Assembly (NCBI GenBank): GCA_965203315.1
Contig: CBDBCE010000004.1
Location: 96,001 to 160,000 of the forward strand
From: Nitrosopumilus sp.
GTDB taxonomy: Archaea > Thermoproteota > Nitrososphaeria > Nitrososphaerales > Nitrosopumilaceae
Reading direction: 5' to 3'
DNA length: 64,000 bases
Shown in pieces: positions 40,936 through 51,331 of this stretch. Below the pieces are notes generated by a model. The model saw nothing but the letters and a program-made list of their open reading frames with translations. It made no database searches and was not told the origin of the DNA. The translations under genes were made by a program, and so were the position numbers. Position 1 is the first letter of the stretch; the number at the start of each line of letters is the position of its first letter.

Positions 40936-42072
40936 TTAACTCATTGACACTAGTAGCTGATCTGGGGTGTAAAAGTTACCATACTTTTTTGCAAGCTCTT
41001 CCAACTCTGATACTATCTTGTTCATGCCAATCTCTCTTGCTGTATCAAATAGCGGTTTTTTAAGTCCAAGTCCTAGACTAGCAGCACGTTCAATCTCTTC
41101 GATATCGCTTACCTCATTAGTTATCAACCATCCTGCATTGTTTAGTATATTTGCAACTAGTTGTATTGGATTGTGCCGAGTGGCCATTTCACTGTCGAGT
41201 ACAACTCGTTCATACTTGTCATCAGAATACTTGTAAAACCCTTCTCCAGATTTTTGTCCTAGTTTACCATCTTTGAACATTTGCTCAACTAGCGGATGAG
41301 GTCTGATCACTTTATTATCTCTAGAATACATCTCGACAGTCGCTTTGTGTATTACATCCATTCCAGTAAAGTCAGCAAGCTCGAATATTCCCATTGGGAA
41401 ACCCATATTGAACTTTACAGCAGAATCGATCTCTTCTAGTGTTGCAGATGTTCGATCTTTAACAAAACATGCTTCGTGAACCATGGGAATAAAGAGACGA
41501 TTTATAATAAATCCTGGAACATCTTTTTTGCATATTACCTCTTGTTTATTGATCGATCTCACATACTGTTTTGTAATGTCTACAACTTGTGCAGATGTCT
41601 CTTTACCAGGTATTATCTCTACCAACTTCATCAATTGTGGTGGATTGAAAAAATGAATTCCGATAAACTTGTCTGGACGTGATGTTGTATTTGCAATCTC
41701 TGTTATTGGAAGTGTACTGGTATTTGACGCAAAGATTACATTTGACGATGCGATTGCATCTAGTTCCGCGTATACCTTCTTCTTTAGATCCATATTCTCA
41801 GGCACAACTTCTATTACCATGTCTGCATCTTTTATTGCGTCCTCGAGATCAACTATTGGTTTGATTCTAGATAGGATATCTTTACGCTGTTCATCTGTGA
41901 TCTTTGATTTTGTCACCATCTTGTCTAGACTCCAGCTTATCTTTGAGATAGCTTTGTCTAGATACTCTTGTGCAATGTCTCTTAGAACTATATTGTATTC
42001 TGCCATAGCTGATATCTGTGCAATCCCATGCCCCATGACGCCTGATCCTAAAACCGTGATGTTTTTTATCAT
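40936..42072 (-). CDS. 3-hydroxyacyl-CoA dehydrogenase (probable (S)-3-hydroxybutyryl-CoA dehydrogenase)
   Basis: GSGVMGHGIA, SNTSTL, HFFNPP, PGFIINR, PMGIFELAD. Confidence 0.92.
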   Translation of the reverse strand: MIKNITVLGSGVMGHGIAQISAMAEYNIVLRDIAQEYLDKAISKISWSLDKMVTKSKITDEQRKDILSRIKPIVDLEDAIKDADMVIEVVPENMDLKKKVYAELDAIASSNVIFASNTSTLPITEIANTTSRPDKFIGIHFFNPPQLMKLVEIIPGKETSAQVVDITKQYVRSINKQEVICKKDVPGFIINRLFIPMVHEACFVKDRTSATLEEIDSAVKFNMGFPMGIFELADFTGMDVIHKATVEMYSRDNKVIRPHPLVEQMFKDGKLGQKSGEGFYKYSDDKYERVVLDSEMATRHNPIQLVANILNNAGWLITNEVSDIEEIERAASLGLGLKKPLFDTAREIGMNKIVSELEELAKKYGNFYTPDQLLVSMS

Positions 42073-42300
42073 TATGCCTAGTGTATCTGTGCTACAATTT
42101 TAATCATCACATCTTGGACATATCTACTAATATTGAGTATCGTAATCAGCCTTCGCAAGTGTGTTAAGACTGGGACAATTTTATGAACTGTATCTATCGT
42201 CATTGCATAACTTGACTGTATTATGTCGATATATCATCTATCCAAAAGCTAGAGTTGTCACGAAAAACCACACACTTGATTTGATGACAAAAACAATATC

Positions 42301-42441
42301 AGACTGTATGCGTATTATTAAGAGTGCCCATGCACAATCATCAAACATGACAACAATGAATCAATTTGCCTCTAGAAATTACACCTGTGTTTTACTGTAC
42401 CTTAAATGTGCGTATGATGTAAGAAATACGCATACAGTCTA
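42301..42441 (+). mobile_element. MITE family B, copy 2
   Basis: AGACTGTATGCGTATT ... AATACGCATACAGTCTA. Confidence 0.88.
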
Positions 42442-42664
42442 TCGTACTATACATTATGTCCACTTTAGGATGATTAGATCATCTGACTCTTATCTCGATC
42501 ATGAATCCTCTTGACATTGGGACACTTGTAAACATCATATTCTTCGGGATTATGTGGGTATTGTCAAGTAATGGGATTACGTGGAAATCGTCCCCCACTA
42601 GCTCTGACGAATTGTTACCCTGTCATTGAATATCTTGTTCTATGTACATCTTTGATCTTTTGTT

Positions 42665-42886
42665 TTAGTTGTCTTTGCATTTTCTGTAGATCGGTTCAAA
42701 GAATGGAGCGGGCAACTTCATGGTGTTAAGATATTTCTTAATTGAAAGTTCTGGATAAGAGTTATGTTTCTCTAGCGTAAATGACCCCATCTCTGGGTGT
42801 TTAAAGTACAAATTACCTTGTTCCATAGTAGGTATCTGCTTGTACCCTAGTATTGACAATACTTTTTTAAAATGATGCCAATTTAT
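42665..42886 (-). CDS. HicA-like toxin, diverged and possibly inactive
   Basis: Frame extends upstream as INWHHFKKVLSILGY...YFKHP, a HicA-like pattern; no canonical in-frame start for the full length; directly downstream of hicB-like gene. Confidence 0.55.
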   Translation of the reverse strand: MNWHHFKKVLSILGYKQIPTMEQGNLYFKHPEMGSFTLEKHNSYPELSIKKYLNTMKLPAPFFEPIYRKCKDN

Positions 42887-43098
42887 TTTTCAAATTTAAA
42901 CTTCACCATTTGATCGTTTTTTGGAAAGAATTTATGTTTTGTTTCCGGAAATGCTTCTACATAGCCATTTAAGAGTCGTTTTAGATTATCTTTGATCTCA
43001 GACTTTGTCTTGCCTGTAACAAGAATTTCAGGATGGTTGGGGCACTGAGCCAAATACCCTTCGGGAATTTTGAATAAATCAACAGACATTTGTTCCAT
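42883..43098 (-). CDS. HicB-like antitoxin (short form)
   Basis: GYLAQCPNHPEILVTGKTKSEIKDNL matches the HicB partial RNase H fold pattern. Confidence 0.7.
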   Translation of the reverse strand: MEQMSVDLFKIPEGYLAQCPNHPEILVTGKTKSEIKDNLKRLLNGYVEAFPETKHKFFPKNDQMVKFKFEK

Positions 43099-43266
43099 GT
43101 TTAATTAGTGAAATTGATATTATATAAGCCTACCTTATATAATTGTGATGCTCAATAGATTGATACATTGTTTGGACACACATACTGAACGCTTCTTTAA
43201 AAACCACATTTGATCGCTATGACGACTCATCGTCATCGATTCTAATCCTGCGTGAAACCGTTCAAA

Positions 43267-43407
43267 AGACTGTATGTGTATTTCTTACATCATACGCACA
43301 TTTAAGGTACAATAAAACACAGGTGTAATTTCTAGAGGCAAATTGATTCATTGTTATCGTGTTTGATGATTGGGCATGGGCACTTTCAATAATACGCATA
43401 CAGTCTA
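43267..43407 (-). mobile_element. MITE family B, copy 3 (inverted)
   Basis: Reverse complement closely matches copy 2. Confidence 0.88.
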
Positions 43408-43848
43408 AAGTAGATTCAGATGATGCCTAGCATATGAGTCGATCTAAATGATCATCCACAAAGCGATCTAAAAGAGGAAATGCAATCACTGTGAAATGTT
43501 TACAAGTTTTCAGATTTCCTGTCTTTGGTATAGTTTACACTAGTAATGTATTCCTCACAATCACAGGATTTCGGATATCTGTCCATCTGCGCTCAAAGCT
43601 CAACACCATCTTATCCTTTGTCAAAATCTGTCCATTTGTCTCACCGAGATTCTCCCTCATCGTTTTTACGGACTATGGGTTTTGACTATAATTGTACAAC
43701 AAACTTTTTCTCCTCTCTGAACACGCAATGTATCTCACGTAAATCGAAAAGATACTTACATGTACATGGATGACCGTTTGTCCATCTTGTTTCTACGCCT
43801 CACAATCTAGACGGAATCTAAAAAAAATAGATGAATGGGAGTCGTCGA

Positions 43849-44265
43849 CTATATTCCAGATGCTTCTGATGGATGAAATACGATGACGCCGACCCATTCT
43901 GATACACTTTTGAGTGCTCTATCTGATGTTATGAGAGTTAGGTTCTTTGCTTTGCATAGACTTAGTATCTTGTTGTCTCCATTGTGACATAGATGAAACT
44001 GTTCTGACATCTTTTTCGCATCTACGATGTTGTCTGTATTGACCTTTTGCACCTCTATCTCTCGTCCTAAAAGTTTCTCAACCTTTGAGATTATGTTTTC
44101 AGACATGTATCCACGTACACGTCTTACTTCTTTCAAGACTACATCGCACAAGACGATCTTTATCGATTTGCCTCTTAGTTGGGCTTTCAGCCCCGATGCT
44201 TTCTTTGGTTCGTCCATGATGGCTATCACGACACACGAATCAAGCATGACTTTTCTTATGTTCAT
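43849..44265 (-). CDS. PIN-domain (VapC-like) nuclease
   Basis: MLDSCVVI, VVLKEV, GDNKIL, LITSDRAL acidic tetrad; start set at ATG 44265. Confidence 0.85.
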   Translation of the reverse strand: MNIRKVMLDSCVVIAIMDEPKKASGLKAQLRGKSIKIVLCDVVLKEVRRVRGYMSENIISKVEKLLGREIEVQKVNTDNIVDAKKMSEQFHLCHNGDNKILSLCKAKNLTLITSDRALKSVSEWVGVIVFHPSEASGI

Positions 44266-44292
44266 AGACTTCTTGATACATACAAAATTATT

Positions 44293-44329
44293 ATATACTA
44301 CACACATACTATACATACTAGACATACTA
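44293..44329. promoter_or_regulatory. Tandem ACATACTA repeats in a divergent promoter (putative operator)
   Basis: ATATACTA then ACATACTA three times with 9-bp period, next to TTATTATATA in a 63-bp intergenic gap. Confidence 0.5.
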
Positions 44330-45084
44330 TGAAAATAATTGAGAATTTACGTGTACATGTAGCACCTGTTGGCTTTGAGATCGATAGAATAGTCCTGCCT
44401 GCAAAGAATATGAAGGCAGATCGAGTATATCTACTCGTACATGACAATCCTAGTCTCGACAAGGCAACAAAGTTCTATGATAGAATTGAAAAAAGCCTGA
44501 AAGAGGCAAATATTGAGACTGTACGGGAGAGTCATGATCGTCTAGATATGTTCAAGATTATAAAGTCAGTAAAAACAATCGCTGAAAAAGAGAAGGGAAA
44601 CACAATCTACATCAATCTGGCATCCGGCTCCAAGATTCAATCTATTGCATCTATGATTGCATCTATGATGTTCAATGATGATGCTAACATACATCCATTT
44701 TATGTAGAAGCAGAAAAGTATGTGGGATTTTCTGACAAAGCAATATCTTCTGAAAAGCCGATATCTTCTGGAATAAAAGAGATCCAATCTGTTCCTACAT
44801 ATGAGATACGAAAGCCGGCTCAGCGACATATAGATGCTCTCCAAATAGTTGTAGAGAGTGAAGGTCGACTATCGAAGAAGGAGATGGCTCGTATTGCAAA
44901 GGAGAGAAGACTCATTACAGTTAATGCCACAAACGAAAGTCAAGCTACCTTTGCCAGTCTCGACAAGAATATAATTCGTCCATTGGAAGATCAGTGGAAA
45001 TTTATCAAGGTAGAAAAGATTGGGCGAAACAGATGGATTCAAGTTACAGAACACGGACAAAATGCTGCAAAATTTCTACTTTAA
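44329..45084 (+). CDS. DUF6293/HFX_2341-type regulator (CARF-like Rossmann domain plus winged HTH)
   Basis: RVHVAPVGFEIDRIV, IYINLASGSK, C-terminal IIRPLEDQWKFIKVEKIGRNRWIQVTEHG. Confidence 0.8.
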   Translation: MKIIENLRVHVAPVGFEIDRIVLPAKNMKADRVYLLVHDNPSLDKATKFYDRIEKSLKEANIETVRESHDRLDMFKIIKSVKTIAEKEKGNTIYINLASGSKIQSIASMIASMMFNDDANIHPFYVEAEKYVGFSDKAISSEKPISSGIKEIQSVPTYEIRKPAQRHIDALQIVVESEGRLSKKEMARIAKERRLITVNATNESQATFASLDKNIIRPLEDQWKFIKVEKIGRNRWIQVTEHGQNAAKFLL

Positions 45085-45248
45085 CATGAACAAAAATCTT
45101 TAAGCTTGGACAGATGACACGAACACATCTCAATTCTCGCATGTTATTTTGTTATCGTGCTAGATCGACCCTCCGATGAATGTTTTGATCAATTAGTGAT
45201 TCAGACTTTGTCTAGACATCCCGATCAGAATTATGCGGGTACAGTTTG

Positions 45249-45367
45249 GGATCTTTTCGATTTATGTGGGGTAGCATTTTACAAGACAGCCCTTGCTAAA
45301 TTTTCCCCATAGAATCTCATAGTGCTGTCTCCATAACCATTCTATCCCACGTAAATCGAAAAGATCC
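45249..45367. mobile_element. MITE family A, copy 3
   Basis: 26-bp TIR with 2 mismatches: GGATCTTTTCGATTTATGTGGGGTAG / CTATCCCACGTAAATCGAAAAGATCC. Confidence 0.88.
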
Positions 45368-45688
45368 GAGAAAGTGTCCTGACTGTGGGTCTAGTCTGAG
45401 GCGGATATTTCACTCCTAGATCCATATCTCCGTTAACTAAAACGAATACAAATCACGGTTGTTTTGTAGAGGGATTACCAGCATATGATCTCTATGGTTT
45501 GTTGTGACAATACGTATTGTGATCAAACATTTAATCGTCTAATGTTTACAAAACTTATTGATAATTGGTAGACATGTCAAGATCAGTCAAGTGGACAGAA
45601 TCGACTCGTCTAGGGCACATATAAAAACATTACGTATCATAGATACGACTCTCATATATAGTAAAAAAGTTATACAACAATTAATAAC

Positions 45689-46636
45689 ATGAATAAGGTA
45701 CAAATCGCCACATCACGCTTGGTTGCTATACTCTTAGTGCCCGGCATAGTATTGGCACAAAACACGGACACAAACCAATCCAAATCTGAGATTGAACCAG
45801 AAGATGATGCAGTTGGATCAACTGGTAATGTTGGCTTGACACAATATGAAAAGTTTATGTTAGAAAATACGCCCAGTTTACAAAATGTTTCTAAAGAGCA
45901 AAAAGACAATTATCTTCAAAAATTTAAAGAATTCAGAACAAGTTTATCTGGTTATGAAGCTAATATAATGGACAAGTTGGAAGATTTAGCTATTGCTGAA
46001 TCTGAACTAAAAGATGCAAAAGAATCAAATAAAGATGAAAAAACAATACAAAAATATGAATCTCTGAAGGCCTTGAGAATTTTTGAGTTGGAGGATCTTG
46101 GTGTTCCTACGACCGATAGACTAAATGCTAATCCTGACTATTGGATGAAAAAAGCTATTGCTGCAAAAAATTTCGTTGAAAATAATGACACGCAAAAAAT
46201 TTCTGGAGAATATAATGACTCTACAATAACCTATGTCCATGCAACTAATTCTGCCCTAACACGAACTTCTATTATCTGGGTTCCTTGCTGGAATAATAAT
46301 TTTCAAGTAAGCTGTCCTAATCTTAATTGGGGGTGGAATACTGGCAGTACTACAACTGCATTTTGGTTCATTCCAACTGATGGCGCTATGAGTTTTGGAA
46401 GTCAGATATGTAATGACAAAAATATTGGACATGATAAAATTCATTACAGCGTGCGAATAGAACGTGATATTACCAGTATCTTTGGAACTTCATTGTATGA
46501 TTATGATCGTACAACCATCGAAAGTCTTGATGCTGATAGTGTCCAATGTGATGATACAACGATACACAAATCTGTCAATGCTGGAAGTCGTGCAGACCTA
46601 ACTACTTCTCTTAGTAACATTTCTGTTACTGGTTAA
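45689..46636 (+). CDS. Secreted orphan protein
   Basis: Signal-like N-terminus, helical charged middle, Cys/Trp/Thr-rich beta C-terminus; AT-rich. Confidence 0.75.
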   Translation: MNKVQIATSRLVAILLVPGIVLAQNTDTNQSKSEIEPEDDAVGSTGNVGLTQYEKFMLENTPSLQNVSKEQKDNYLQKFKEFRTSLSGYEANIMDKLEDLAIAESELKDAKESNKDEKTIQKYESLKALRIFELEDLGVPTTDRLNANPDYWMKKAIAAKNFVENNDTQKISGEYNDSTITYVHATNSALTRTSIIWVPCWNNNFQVSCPNLNWGWNTGSTTTAFWFIPTDGAMSFGSQICNDKNIGHDKIHYSVRIERDITSIFGTSLYDYDRTTIESLDADSVQCDDTTIHKSVNAGSRADLTTSLSNISVTG

Positions 46637-46653
46637 CCATTCCTTTTTTAATT

Positions 46654-46920
46654 TTGACACCTAAAACTAAAGTCATTATTGGCATTGTATTAGTTTTTAT
46701 ATCTGGATTATTATCAAGTTATTTTATTTCTGTAGTCTTAATAGAATTTGGCGGGGCTAGGTTATATGATGATATAAAAAATTCAAATGACATTACAGAT
46801 GTCCAAAAACCTGATATGTATTTTATTGTTAGTTTACTTGTAACAGGAAGTTATGGATTACCATTTCTTATTATTGGTATTTATTTAATTATGGGTTCCG
46901 TTAACTTATCTAGAGTATAG
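46654..46920 (+). CDS. Small two-TM membrane protein
   Basis: Two hydrophobic segments, directly downstream of the secreted protein. Confidence 0.65.
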   Translation: MTPKTKVIIGIVLVFISGLLSSYFISVVLIEFGGARLYDDIKNSNDITDVQKPDMYFIVSLLVTGSYGLPFLIIGIYLIMGSVNLSRV

Positions 46921-47021
46921 TAGACTGTATGCGTATTATTAAGAATGACCATGTCCAATCATCAAACATGATAACATGAACCAATTTGCCTCTAGAAATC
47001 ACACTTGTGTTTTATGTACTG
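46921..47021 (+). mobile_element. MITE family B, truncated copy 4
   Basis: Left TIR and about 100 bp of body; right end missing next to the IS remnant. Confidence 0.8.
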
Positions 47022-47034
47022 TCTTGTACTGAAA

Positions 47035-47720
47035 TTATTTAAATTCAGAGTTTTCGTTTGCCCAGTTGGGATTCTTTCTAATTTTGGCACTGGCACGTTT
47101 ATTTTTAAATGCCTTCAGAGGTGTTTCGCCGTTATCAATATATAGTGAGAAATAAAGTCTGTCTTTGTTATAGTAATTGATGTATACTCTTATGCTCTTG
47201 GAATGTTTAATTTCTGATTCAAATGTTCCAAAGAATCTCTCCAATTTGCCATTAGTCTGAGGATGATTTGCTCTTGCAAGTATTTGTTTTATTTTTCGTT
47301 TGCTTAATTCTGCTTCAAATAATGTAAGTTTTTTACGCCCGTTCTTTGGTTTTTTAGCAGATGTAAATTGCGTTCCACGATCAGATAGTATCTGTGCCGG
47401 TACGCCAAACTTTTTGATAGCTTTTCTCAACACACTGACCACATTTGCTGACGTTGCATGTTTAAAGACCCCAAAACCTGTGATGCATCTAGAAGCATCG
47501 TCTAGGTAGCAAATCAGGTATAGAGTTCCCCCATCTTGGGTCATCTATTGCGTGCCAGTCTACATGCCACATGGCGTTAGAGTATTTCCTCTCAAAACGA
47601 ATCTAGCTCCGACGTTTTCGCTTTGTAGGTGATGGAGTGATTAGACCCTTTTCGTACATTATCTTTCGTACATTATCTTTCGTACATCTCTGTAACTGAT
47701 TTGTATGCGCAAACGTCGTA
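47035..47720 (-). pseudogene. IS481-type DDE transposase remnant
   Basis: RFERKYSNAMWHVDWH, LICYLDDASR, ILSDRGTQF, PQTNGKLERFF; frameshift near 47535, in-frame stop near 47605, 14-bp tandem duplication near 47651-47687. Confidence 0.85.
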
Positions 47721-47781
47721 ATTCTTTTGTAATACGAACTACACCAAAATGATTATTTTGTAGTTAATTCTAACCTTTCTC

Positions 47782-50700
47782 ATGGTTCATGTGAAAAAGG
47801 TTGAGATCTTTGGGTTCAAATCGTTCGGTTTTAAAAAGACTGAAGTGACGTTTGAGCCTGGTCTCATGTCGATCTCTGGCCCAAACGGATCTGGCAAGAG
47901 CAACATCTTGGACGCAATAATCTTTGCGATGGGTGAGAACAAGCCAAGGATGATGAGGGTTGATCGGCTTCGCGCACTAATCCATGATATTCCAGGCAAT
48001 AAACGTGGTCCGTTGCTAGCTAGATCTAGCGTGCACTTTGACAATCATGATAGAAAGATCCCATTATCTCTCGACACTGTCGTAATAACCCGTGAGATGG
48101 ATGAGGGTGGTGAGAGTACATACTTTCTGAACGGTAAAAAAGAGGCTAGAAATAGAATCTTGAGCCTGCTTGATATGGCAAATGCTGGTATTGGCCAACT
48201 CAATGCTGTACAACAAGGAACTGTAACTAGAATATCCGAGTTTACATCTGATGAACGACGCAAGACCATTGAGGACATGATCGGTCTATCTTATTTTGAC
48301 GAACAAAAGATTGCTGCTGAAAAAAAGTTACATGATGCAGATCAAAAACTACAAATATCTTTTGCAAAGATGGATGAGATCAAGCACAATATTGATCAAC
48401 TCGATGAGGATCGTAATCAAAAACTTCGTTATGATCTACTGGTATGTGAACTAGAACGATACAAAGCTGTTGCTGCGGCTGATAGCATGTACAAGATATC
48501 ATTGCATGTATCAGACAAGAACTCAAAACTGTCTGATATCAAACTTGTCATAAATGATCTTCAATCTAGACAGAATGCGATAGATTATGATATTTTACAG
48601 ATCGAAGATGCTAGATCAAAACTACTTGAAAAGACTAAATCTCATGAACGAGAAAAAGCTGCACTAGAACGTGAGATCAGTTCTGCTGTTTATGGATCTA
48701 GAGAGTATGAGAGCAGGATCGAGTCAATAAAGAAACGCATGTCGTCAATCGATACTAGGCTTCCAGAGATCGATCTAGAGATAAAACAAAGACAATCCGA
48801 TCGTGACATGTTGCAGCAAAGTTTAGATGACACTAGAAAACTAGTTGAAACTCTTAGCGTTGAGATATCTAAAATTGATCAAAGAAAGATTACTACAACA
48901 TTAGATAAAAATAAACTCTATGCTCAAGAAGCAGACATAGCAGCAAAAAGGGACGAGCTAAATGAAAAGATTCGTAGTTTGCAATCACAACGTAATGATA
49001 TCGTTCAAAAGCGTGGAGAATCAGAGACTGCATTAAAACATTACAATGATCTCATAGCAAAAAATACTGCAAAACATCTAGCTCTAACTAATGGAATTGA
49101 ACTGCTTAATATTCAAAGTAAAAGACTCAAGTCCAGCATTGAGAATCACGATAGCACTGTTATTACATTAAATTCTAGGATTGCAAAACATACTGCAAAA
49201 AAGAACAAACTAGAGAGTTCTGTTAAAAAACTGGATACCATCTTAGATACATCTAGTCACGCTGTAACTAAACATGAATCAAAATTAAATATGGTAAAAA
49301 AACTTATGCATGAAGATTATTCCATCGCAAAACTAAAAGAGAATGCAGATACCCTTGGAATTCTCGGTCTAGTCTATGAGGTAATATCGTGGAATCAAGA
49401 GTATGAGCGTGCAATCATCGCAGCTAGTTCTGATTGGATAAAAGCAATAATTGTTAGAGATTTTACAACGATGCTTGGTATCGGTGAAGCAGTACGTCTC
49501 AAAAATCTTCCAAAGATAAAGATCATTCCTCTAGACACTATACCGCCTCTTAAAATATCGATCCCCAAGGGACATGGTATTTTGGGTTCTCTATCTGACT
49601 ATGTACAATGCGATGATACATATGTTGCACTTAAGACATTCCTCTTTGGTGGAATAATCCTTACCGATACTCGCGAGTCAGCACTTGGGTTATCTAAACG
49701 AGGATACAAAACAGTGACTACTAGTGGAGAATTCTTTGAAGCTAGAGGGGGACCAATTATAATTGATATTAACTCAAAGATATCAAAACTGACTAAACTC
49801 ATCTCAGCTGGAAGTAGCATCGACGAACTCACCAAATACATTAGAGCCCTTAAAAGAGCACAACAAAAAAAGATACGTGGTATACAAAAGATCGACAAAC
49901 ACATAAAATCTGACTATGATCGACTAGCTCTTACTAGATCAACTCTAACTAATGCCCAGTTTACATACAATCAACTACAAAACACAATCTCATCAAAAGA
50001 ACAAATTAAAATGAAACTCTCTGCAGAGATCGACAAACAGAGCGCACAAAAGGCTATACATGAATCTGACATACAGAAAAGTATTCCACTCATTGAATCG
50101 ATCGACCAAGATATTGCTCTAGTTAAAAAGAACTATTCTATAGGACAAAATAGTCAAATTGATACAGAACTACGTGAAATAAACACTAGACTCCAAGAGA
50201 TTGATGATGAATACAACAAATTAGAACAGAATTATCGTAATGTATCTAATGACTTGGTCCGACTCGAGTCCAAAGACAATCAGTACCAATCTGATATAAA
50301 CATGCTTCATAAAGAGATACGTGATATAACTTCTGAAAAGACGTCATTATCTGAACAGATTGAAACTGTCACTGCACAACATGCCTCTCAACAAAAAGTT
50401 TTATCTGATTTAAGAGATAGAGAGCAAGAGTTTATTGCAACACAAGGTGTATCTGCTGATATAGAAAGATATGATAGACAGCTCTCCATAAAACGTAATC
50501 ATAAAGATGTACTTTACAAAGATATTCACTCTTTAGATAAAGCAGAGACTTCTATCTCTAGAGATCTGCGAGAACTGCACTCTAAACAGAATGATCTCCA
50601 AAAGATACTCACTGTGTCTGGTTTTAAAGCATCTGTAGCAACATTTGATGTTGCAACAATAATTCAAGAACTGCAATCTGAGATTAATACTATTGGTCAA

Positions 50701-51294
50701 CTCAATGCTAAGGCTCCAGAATCATATCTTGAAATATCATCTGGTTATCGTTCGATGTCTAGCAGAAAGAATATCCTCGAAGGAGAACGAGATCGTATAG
50801 TGAACTTTATTAATGATATTGAAAAAGATAAGCGCCAAAAGTTTTTTAGTGCGTTTGAGCTAGTAGACAAAGAGATTCGTCTTATATTTAATACGATGAC
50901 CGGTGGTGAAGCATGGTTGGAACTACAAGATGAGGTTGATATATTCAACTCTGGTATATCGTATCTGATTCAATTTCCAAATAAACCAAAACGTGAATCT
51001 ACATCAATAAGCGGTGGTGAAAAGACGCTAGCGGCCATAGTATTCGTCCTCGCGCTTCAGAGATTACAACCATCTCCATTTTATCTATTTGATGAAGTGG
51101 ATGCACATCTTGATGGTCCAAACGCTGAACGCTTATCAAATATTCTTGCAGAAAGATCAAAACAGAGCCAATTTCTGATGGTGTCTCTAAAAGACTCTGT
51201 TGTCGAAAAGGCACAAAAGATCTATGGTGTATTTCCAAAGAATGGTGTGTCTAACGTGATCGTATACAAAGACAAAAAGATACCACAGCTGTGA
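47782..51294 (+). CDS. smc: Chromosome segregation protein SMC
   Basis: GPNGSGKSN, hinge region, ISGGEK, FDEVDAHLD, coiled coils. Confidence 0.96.
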   Translation: MVHVKKVEIFGFKSFGFKKTEVTFEPGLMSISGPNGSGKSNILDAIIFAMGENKPRMMRVDRLRALIHDIPGNKRGPLLARSSVHFDNHDRKIPLSLDTVVITREMDEGGESTYFLNGKKEARNRILSLLDMANAGIGQLNAVQQGTVTRISEFTSDERRKTIEDMIGLSYFDEQKIAAEKKLHDADQKLQISFAKMDEIKHNIDQLDEDRNQKLRYDLLVCELERYKAVAAADSMYKISLHVSDKNSKLSDIKLVINDLQSRQNAIDYDILQIEDARSKLLEKTKSHEREKAALEREISSAVYGSREYESRIESIKKRMSSIDTRLPEIDLEIKQRQSDRDMLQQSLDDTRKLVETLSVEISKIDQRKITTTLDKNKLYAQEADIAAKRDELNEKIRSLQSQRNDIVQKRGESETALKHYNDLIAKNTAKHLALTNGIELLNIQSKRLKSSIENHDSTVITLNSRIAKHTAKKNKLESSVKKLDTILDTSSHAVTKHESKLNMVKKLMHEDYSIAKLKENADTLGILGLVYEVISWNQEYERAIIAASSDWIKAIIVRDFTTMLGIGEAVRLKNLPKIKIIPLDTIPPLKISIPKGHGILGSLSDYVQCDDTYVALKTFLFGGIILTDTRESALGLSKRGYKTVTTSGEFFEARGGPIIIDINSKISKLTKLISAGSSIDELTKYIRALKRAQQKKIRGIQKIDKHIKSDYDRLALTRSTLTNAQFTYNQLQNTISSKEQIKMKLSAEIDKQSAQKAIHESDIQKSIPLIESIDQDIALVKKNYSIGQNSQIDTELREINTRLQEIDDEYNKLEQNYRNVSNDLVRLESKDNQYQSDINMLHKEIRDITSEKTSLSEQIETVTAQHASQQKVLSDLRDREQEFIATQGVSADIERYDRQLSIKRNHKDVLYKDIHSLDKAETSISRDLRELHSKQNDLQKILTVSGFKASVATFDVATIIQELQSEINTIGQLNAKAPESYLEISSGYRSMSSRKNILEGERDRIVNFINDIEKDKRQKFFSAFELVDKEIRLIFNTMTGGEAWLELQDEVDIFNSGISYLIQFPNKPKRESTSISGGEKTLAAIVFVLALQRLQPSPFYLFDEVDAHLDGPNAERLSNILAERSKQSQFLMVSLKDSVVEKAQKIYGVFPKNGVSNVIVYKDKKIPQL

Positions 51295-51331
51295 TCGTCT
51301 AGCGATAATGTCTAAAGACGAATCTATATCT

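Noticed and set aside
42161-42514. 117-aa ORF
   Set aside because: Runs through MITE-B copy 2; no independent coding signal.
43460-43790. Possible transposase fragment attached to a lone MITE-A end
   Set aside because: Frames are broken and no diagnostic motif could be confirmed.
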